Source: a virus
Taxonomy: Duplodnaviria; Caudoviricetes
Length of the DNA stretch: 40,666 nucleotides
IMG/VR virus record: IMGVR_UViG_3300029179_000010
Location: 1-40,666 of that record
Strand: one strand, 5' to 3'
The stretch's first letter is position 1. The number at the start of each line of letters is the position of its first letter. Made by a program: the position numbers and the translations under genes. The notes beneath the pieces are model-generated. The model was not told where the DNA came from. It did no database searches and was given only the letters and a program-made list of their open reading frames with translations. Shown piece after piece: positions 35,810 to 40,666 of the stretch.

Positions 35810-36535
35810 TTAGAATAAGCGCCCTTGCGCAATGTGGTTCCTTACCCGCTTAATCCCGTCTTTGTAATAGTCGGAATCCAACTCGCAGCCCGTTAACTCA
35901 AAATCGTAATCATGGCACGCTATTGCAATGCTCATACTTCCTAAATGTGTGTCCAGTATCTTGTCGCCCGGTTTGGCGTATCTGTCCAATATCCATTTGT
36001 AAAGGGCTATGGGCTTTTGTGTGGGGTGAATGCGGCGTTCGATCTTTTTCATACTTCTTTCGGGAGTTGTAGGGGAAGCAAGTCTTTTTCCGACATTGAA
36101 CCCGCTGTATAGAAAAGTAAAGACCTCTTCATGCTCCATTAAAGAGCAATACGCTAATTCATACTTTTTAAACGATAAGTTTTCTGGAACCAATTTATCC
36201 CATCTTATTCGCCCGTTGGAAATATTTGGAATTTCATAATATTCAATCCCCCAGATAATTTGATTTTTAGATACTCGAAAAAGTTTGCTAAAATAACTTT
36301 CGTCTGGAACGTTGCAATCCCATTCAGATTTCTTATAAATCGTTTTTCTCGGCCTTAATCTTGTGCCGTTTTTTTGCAAAACGGTTGTTCGGTTCTCCTG
36401 AAGATATGCCATTTTAGAAACCCCGATCCCATACGGCGGATCAACCACCGCCAAGTCAAAATACTTATCCGGGTAACGTGACATAAGCTCCATATTGCCC
36501 TCGTTGGTTAATATTAGTTTGTCTGTTAGTTGCAT
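35810..36535 (-). CDS. N6-adenine/N4-cytosine DNA methyltransferase (beta class)
   Basis: VDPPYG, HPTQKP and LDTHLGSMS motifs. Confidence 0.92.
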   Translation of the reverse strand: MQLTDKLILTNEGNMELMSRYPDKYFDLAVVDPPYGIGVSKMAYLQENRTTVLQKNGTRLRPRKTIYKKSEWDCNVPDESYFSKLFRVSKNQIIWGIEYYEIPNISNGRIRWDKLVPENLSFKKYELAYCSLMEHEEVFTFLYSGFNVGKRLASPTTPERSMKKIERRIHPTQKPIALYKWILDRYAKPGDKILDTHLGSMSIAIACHDYDFELTGCELDSDYYKDGIKRVRNHIAQGRLF

Positions 36536-36547
36536 AGGGGTAGGGGG

Positions 36548-37534
36548 TTAAAAAGATAAACTGACTGTTCCGTTTTTTTTGGCATAGTAGGCTTTTTCAT
36601 TGCTGTGCTTAAACTCTTCCCATGATACGAATTGGTCATACCTACGAATAACCCAGCGCTGAAATTTCTTTAGCTCTTTAAAGTCTTTTGAATCGCTGTA
36701 AACCATCGGGAACGGCAAAAGACCCATTCCTTTCATTGTTTCATAGCGATACCAAATATCAGCAAACGTTTCATCTTTCCAATAGCCGCAAAGAAAGTAC
36801 ACCAATATGTGTGACGGTCGTACCCCTGCATTCAGCAAATACCCCACTCCCTTTTTAAATATCCCTTCGTCGCGTTTATTATCCCAAGCCGTGTATATCC
36901 GTTTTGCCTTAAACTGGTCATCGCGATATTTCAGTGTTGCCAACTCACTCGCCTGTTCCTGATTTATCAATCGGACATTTATCCCCTGATTGATACAAAT
37001 TTCAAAATTGCCCTCTCTGATTTCATTGCACTTCGCCTTCCAATTGGGGTCTCCAAAGAAATCGTTGTCCAATAAGTGTATTTTTTTAGGGTACGGCTCC
37101 CCGCGCCAAATGTCATATATGCTTCTCGATGTATTTACCTTACCCTCTTTTTTGGGTACTACGCAAAATTTACACGCAAGCCTGCATCCCCGCTGAGAAA
37201 ATCCAATTGAGTGTTCAAATTCGGGATAGGTTGAATAGTCGTAAAACTCGTACTCCCCGATATTCAACATATCTTCTACCCGGTACGACATATTTTCAGA
37301 GCCTGTACCGCCAACAACTGCGTTAGGGAATGCTTCTTTAAACGCCCTTATCTTCTTCTCGGATGTTGAAAAAATAGCACTACCTAAAACTAAATCGTAG
37401 TCCGGTTCAAACATGTTTCTGTGAATTGACCTTTCAAAAAATACCTCATGCCCATTACTTTTGTAATAGTGCGATAGCTTCATTAATGCCAGATTAGGCA
37501 AGCTGCCATCTATTTGTGTAAGTCTGATTTTCAT
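36548..37534 (-). CDS. Radical SAM protein with B12-binding-like N-terminal domain
   Basis: PNLALMKL, VVGGTG, RGCRLACKFC (CxxxCxxC) and LLDNDF motifs. Confidence 0.85.
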   Translation of the reverse strand: MKIRLTQIDGSLPNLALMKLSHYYKSNGHEVFFERSIHRNMFEPDYDLVLGSAIFSTSEKKIRAFKEAFPNAVVGGTGSENMSYRVEDMLNIGEYEFYDYSTYPEFEHSIGFSQRGCRLACKFCVVPKKEGKVNTSRSIYDIWRGEPYPKKIHLLDNDFFGDPNWKAKCNEIREGNFEICINQGINVRLINQEQASELATLKYRDDQFKAKRIYTAWDNKRDEGIFKKGVGYLLNAGVRPSHILVYFLCGYWKDETFADIWYRYETMKGMGLLPFPMVYSDSKDFKELKKFQRWVIRRYDQFVSWEEFKHSNEKAYYAKKNGTVSLSF

Positions 37535-37545
37535 AAAATTAGGGC

Positions 37546-38949
37546 TTAAAAAGGCATATCGTCTTGTTCCGGGTATGCCATTTGACTGGGCGTTCGTTGT
37601 CCATGACCAAACGGGTGAGCAGGCGGGAAATCACATATTTTGTTTGTCGGCCCGTGCCAGCGGATGGGAATGTGCCCAACCGCGCCGTTCCTGTTTTTGT
37701 AAACCAACAACTCCATTACGTCAATCAATGAAACACCTTGCTCATCTTTGTCAATCCCGTAGTAGGAAGGGCGGTGCGTAAACATCACTATGTCCGCATC
37801 CTGCTCTATCTGCCCCGATTCCCGCAAGTCCGATAACTGTGGGCGCTTTGATCCACCGCGTATCTCCGAAGAACGGTTTAACTGCGATAACTGCACAACC
37901 GGGATGCTCAATTCTTTTGCCAGTCCCTTGCTTTCCGTTGAAATCTTACCCACGCGGTCATTGTTCGTCATGCGGCTTTCATACGTCAGCAACTGGAGGT
38001 AATCCACAAAGACTATCTGGCAGCCGTGAACCCTGACCATGCGCCGGATTTCCCTTTTTATGTTCGGCCAGTGCATCGCCTCGCTTATGAAAAAGCCGCT
38101 TTTCTTTAAATCGTCATAGGTAGAATCCATTAATGCAATGTCAGCGTTGCTAAGAGAGCCAAGTCGCAAATGGCTTTGATCTAATTCCGCCCGTTGGCAA
38201 ACCGCCCGGTGAGCAAGCTGGATAGCGGACATTTCCGCCGAAATAAAACCAACCCGCGTACCCTGCTGCGCCATGTTTGTTGCCATTTGTAGCGCCAATG
38301 CGGTTTTTCCCTGTGATGGGCGACCTCCGATAATTACCAAGTCGCCCGCCTGAAAGCCAAAGAAATGCCTGTCAATAGCGTGTATGCCCGTCAGGATGCC
38401 CGTGTCCGGCATAATGCCGTTCCTTACCGACAATATTCGCGCCGTACTCAACTCGTGCGCTTTCTGGAATACTTCGAGCGCCGTAAACAAAGATGTTGCG
38501 GAAAACGAATTTGACACCGCCATCAATTCCTGCCCTAAGCGCTCGTATTCGGTCCTGTCTTCTGCAAGTATAGCTGACTTTTGTGAATCGAGCAAGTCTA
38601 AAATCTTTAAATTCACGGCGTAGTCTGTCAGCTTTTTGACATGCTCCTTCACAAATTCCGCCGTAGTGCTGACATACGCGCCGGCCGGACGGATATGGTC
38701 CTTAAATTCGTGAAGCAGTTCCGGGGAAGCAGGAAACGCCACCTCTATTGCCGTGTGCAGGTTCCCGTAGGATGCGTGTGCGCCCTTGTCGTGGTATTCC
38801 ATAAGCACCTTAACGCAAAACCGAGTAAGCGGGCTGTTAAAGATTTCCGGGAATAAATCCACGCGGTTTTCCTCCATAATTGCCCGGCTTGCGATAAGCC
38901 CGCGAATGATGCCCCATTCAGAGACCACCGTCTTGTTATGCTTTGACAT
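37546..38949 (-). CDS. dnaB: Replicative DNA helicase
   Basis: GGRPSQGKT, SAEM, DYLQL, SQLNR, DLRESGQIEQDAD and KNRNG motifs. Confidence 0.96.
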   Translation of the reverse strand: MSKHNKTVVSEWGIIRGLIASRAIMEENRVDLFPEIFNSPLTRFCVKVLMEYHDKGAHASYGNLHTAIEVAFPASPELLHEFKDHIRPAGAYVSTTAEFVKEHVKKLTDYAVNLKILDLLDSQKSAILAEDRTEYERLGQELMAVSNSFSATSLFTALEVFQKAHELSTARILSVRNGIMPDTGILTGIHAIDRHFFGFQAGDLVIIGGRPSQGKTALALQMATNMAQQGTRVGFISAEMSAIQLAHRAVCQRAELDQSHLRLGSLSNADIALMDSTYDDLKKSGFFISEAMHWPNIKREIRRMVRVHGCQIVFVDYLQLLTYESRMTNNDRVGKISTESKGLAKELSIPVVQLSQLNRSSEIRGGSKRPQLSDLRESGQIEQDADIVMFTHRPSYYGIDKDEQGVSLIDVMELLVYKNRNGAVGHIPIRWHGPTNKICDFPPAHPFGHGQRTPSQMAYPEQDDMPF

Positions 38950-39532
38950 CTTTTTTCAGGTTTAGTGATTTGAAAAATTCTACAATCTCCTGTATCTTCT
39001 CCCGTGCCGTATCATCCCCTATGTTGTCCATAACGTACTTCATTTCCTCCCACACCGCACGCCTGCCCTTTGTTCTCATTTCTCCTAACCACTTGTCGCG
39101 TAAAACCGCATACACATCCAAGCTCTTGCCGGAATCTAAAAGGTCCATCACCGCCGCCTGAACGTTTATCTCCATTTCTATCCCGTAGTCCGTTATCGGG
39201 GTAGGGCGTACCCAATACCCGGCGGGAAGCGTCTTTTCTAAGAAAAGGTAAAGCCGGACGCGAAAGGAATGTACAAACTCCGAAGCCAGAAACAAATCCG
39301 CCGACGTGGGATTTCGGTTCGGGCAAAACCGTTTCAGGAAAATCCCTATCAAAGTAGCAAATTCATCCTGCTCAATATCCGGGTAAGTAAGGAACATTTC
39401 GTACATCACTACCTCCCGGCGATACTCCGCCTCCGACATTTTACCGGATAGCCGCCTGCTTGCGTAAAAACGCCGCGCCGCTTCAAAATTATCGTTGCTT
39501 GTGAGGGTGTGTTCCATTTTAGGAGAGATCAT
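38936..39532 (-). CDS. Hypothetical protein between initiator and helicase
   Basis: Tiles the operon; no motif recognised. Confidence 0.6.
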   Translation of the reverse strand: MISPKMEHTLTSNDNFEAARRFYASRRLSGKMSEAEYRREVVMYEMFLTYPDIEQDEFATLIGIFLKRFCPNRNPTSADLFLASEFVHSFRVRLYLFLEKTLPAGYWVRPTPITDYGIEMEINVQAAVMDLLDSGKSLDVYAVLRDKWLGEMRTKGRRAVWEEMKYVMDNIGDDTAREKIQEIVEFFKSLNLKKDVKA

Positions 39533-39543
39533 CGAATGTAGGG

Positions 39544-40341
39544 CTATTTTTTCGCTCCGTGCATCTTATCCCAGAATGCAGCCGCGTCGTTGCCGGACGA
39601 GGGAAGGGGGCGCACGGAATTGGGGTTGGAAGCTTCTTTTTCGGCATTGAAGGACAAACGTAGCCAGCGCTCGTAATTCACTTCCGTATCGCTGAAGATC
39701 GCTCCCTGATAATCGTTAGATGTAGCCGTTTCCACAAGTAGAGTGGCAAACTCAACCCGAAAAGCAGATAAGCGCTTCAACGTAAGCAAATGCGCTGACT
39801 GCTCTTTCTTGTATTGCTTCCTTAACTTCATCCAATTAACCCATGCTTCCCTGAACTCCGAAGTATTCAAACTTTCCGGTAAGGGAAGGTTGCCGTTTTC
39901 TGCGGCAGCTTCAGCGCCGCTTTTCTTTTTACTTTCTTTTGTTATTATTATTAATTCCTTATTACTACTTAACTCTATATTACTATATATGCCGGTTTCC
40001 CGATTTTCGGAAAAACCGATAATCGGAAAACCGGTGTTTCGGTGGTCGGGCGATTCAATGACAACCCACTCTTTGCCGCCCAATTTTCCGTCCGCTCCGC
40101 GAACAGAACGCAACTCTGCATAGCCCAAATCCCGTAATTCTTTCAATGCACTTCGGATAGCTGTAATGCCATCATGGGAGGCATTCCTTAACTCCGCCAC
40201 GCTCACCGTCCAGTTATCAGGTTTAGATAGCAAATAAGCCAACACGCCCCGCGCCCTAAAAGACAGGCGGCTGTCACTGATGGTTTCGCTGTCAATCATG
40301 ACAAAGGGGTTGTTCCGGCGGGATACTCGTAAAATACTCAT
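39544..40341 (-). CDS. Phage replication initiator (N-terminal HTH, lambda O-like layout)
   Basis: NPFVMID...DSRLSFRARGVLAYLLSKPDNW...AIRSALKELRDLGY; repetitive linker; FREAWVNWMKLRK domain; start moved to ATG 40341. Confidence 0.82.
   Translation of the reverse strand: MSILRVSRRNNPFVMIDSETISDSRLSFRARGVLAYLLSKPDNWTVSVAELRNASHDGITAIRSALKELRDLGYAELRSVRGADGKLGGKEWVVIESPDHRNTGFPIIGFSENRETGIYSNIELSSNKELIIITKESKKKSGAEAAAENGNLPLPESLNTSEFREAWVNWMKLRKQYKKEQSAHLLTLKRLSAFRVEFATLLVETATSNDYQGAIFSDTEVNYERWLRLSFNAEKEASNPNSVRPLPSSGNDAAAFWDKMHGAKK
39920..40043. other. Putative replication origin inside the initiator gene
   Basis: CGG-N4/5-CCG units at 39993, 40008 and 40024 beside an AT-rich tract at about 39920-39990. 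Confidence 0.6.
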
Positions 40342-40351
40342 TTTGTACAAA

Positions 40352-40448
40352 TTAAAAACCCGGTCGGGTGTACATGGCGCGCACACCCATAACCGGGATT
40401 GTTACCTTTTTAAAGGTCAGTTTTCGTGGAGCGCCATTCCACGAAAAC
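40352..40448 (-). ncRNA. Structured 5' leader: three hairpins, kissing loop and terminator
   Basis: Stem 40420-40430/40438-40448 with loop AUGGCGC; stem 40359-40373/40381-40397 with loop GCGCCAU then UUUUU. Confidence 0.7.
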
Positions 40449-40460
40449 ATTATGTTGATG

Positions 40461-40468
40461 CAAATATA
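40461..40468 (-). promoter_or_regulatory. Bacteroidota -7 element (TATATTTG) for the replication operon
   Basis: Matches TAnnTTTG, 12 nt upstream of hairpin 1. Confidence 0.65.
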
Positions 40469-40508
40469 AATAAAAAGAATCTATCCAAGCAAATAATCAG
40501 TCTCTTTT

Positions 40509-40649
40509 TTAAACCGGTTTCACCCGGCAGCCTTCCGCGTAGTCGAAGGCGGCGTTGACCTTTTGGAGGTAGTCCGCGCCTACGGGTCTGTCGCCGTACT
40601 TTTCCGAAATGGCCGCGATGGCCTCGGCGCGGGTCAGGTTCTGGCAACC
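40509..40649 (-). CDS. 3' end of a paralogue of the left-end LRR gene (5'-truncated)
   Basis: GCQNLTRAEAIAAISEKYGDRPVGADYLQKVNAAFDYAEGCRVKPV*; frame absent from the ORF track. Confidence 0.85.
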   Translation of the reverse strand, partial: GCQNLTRAEAIAAISEKYGDRPVGADYLQKVNAAFDYAEGCRVKPV

Positions 40650-40666
40650 GATCGTGACTGGGAAAC
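40650..40666 (-). other. Random-amplification primer (reverse complement), library artefact
   Basis: gatcgtgactgggaaac is the reverse complement of 1..17. Confidence 0.93.

Larger units (their letters stand above)
18..40649. mobile_element. Partial tailed-phage genome: crAss-like virion module with lambdoid-type replication module, probable Bacteroidota host
   Basis: TerL, MCP, ring/muzzle and ejection genes in crAss-like order; initiator plus DnaB; no cellular housekeeping genes; TAnnTTTG promoter elements. Confidence 0.9.

Noticed and set aside
40450-40647. 65-aa ORF from the track (and its counterpart 209..454)
   Set aside because: Off-frame shadow of the LRR-gene paralogue; the conserved frame is 40509..40649.

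Overview
About 40.6 kb of a dsDNA tailed phage, probably infecting Bacteroidota (repeated TAnnTTTG promoter elements, DUF3127-type SSB, leaders without obvious Shine-Dalgarno sequences). The contig is incomplete: both ends carry the 17-nt random-amplification primer GTTTCCCAGTCACGATC and break inside two inverted paralogous copies of one gene (an LRR protein, judging by the left copy). The minus strand carries a crAss-like podovirus virion module: TerL, scaffold-like protein, MCP, gene 75/74/73-like proteins, ring proteins, a 1309-aa tail stabilisation/muzzle protein and three putative ejection proteins. I found no portal, virion RNA polymerase, DNA polymerase/primase or endolysin. Replication is lambdoid-like (HTH initiator with internal origin plus DnaB), followed by a radical-SAM, amino-MTase and split C5-MTase cluster, SSB, an IS5 remnant and a RuvC-like gene. 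Most notable: a three-hairpin leader RNA with a perfect 7-nt kissing loop onto a terminator before the initiator gene; two glycosyltransferases in the virion operon; a CCC-TAA +1 frameshift candidate; Cys-rich outer virion proteins; and the inverted paralogue pair. All family assignments are by-eye motif and synteny recognition, with no database searches run.
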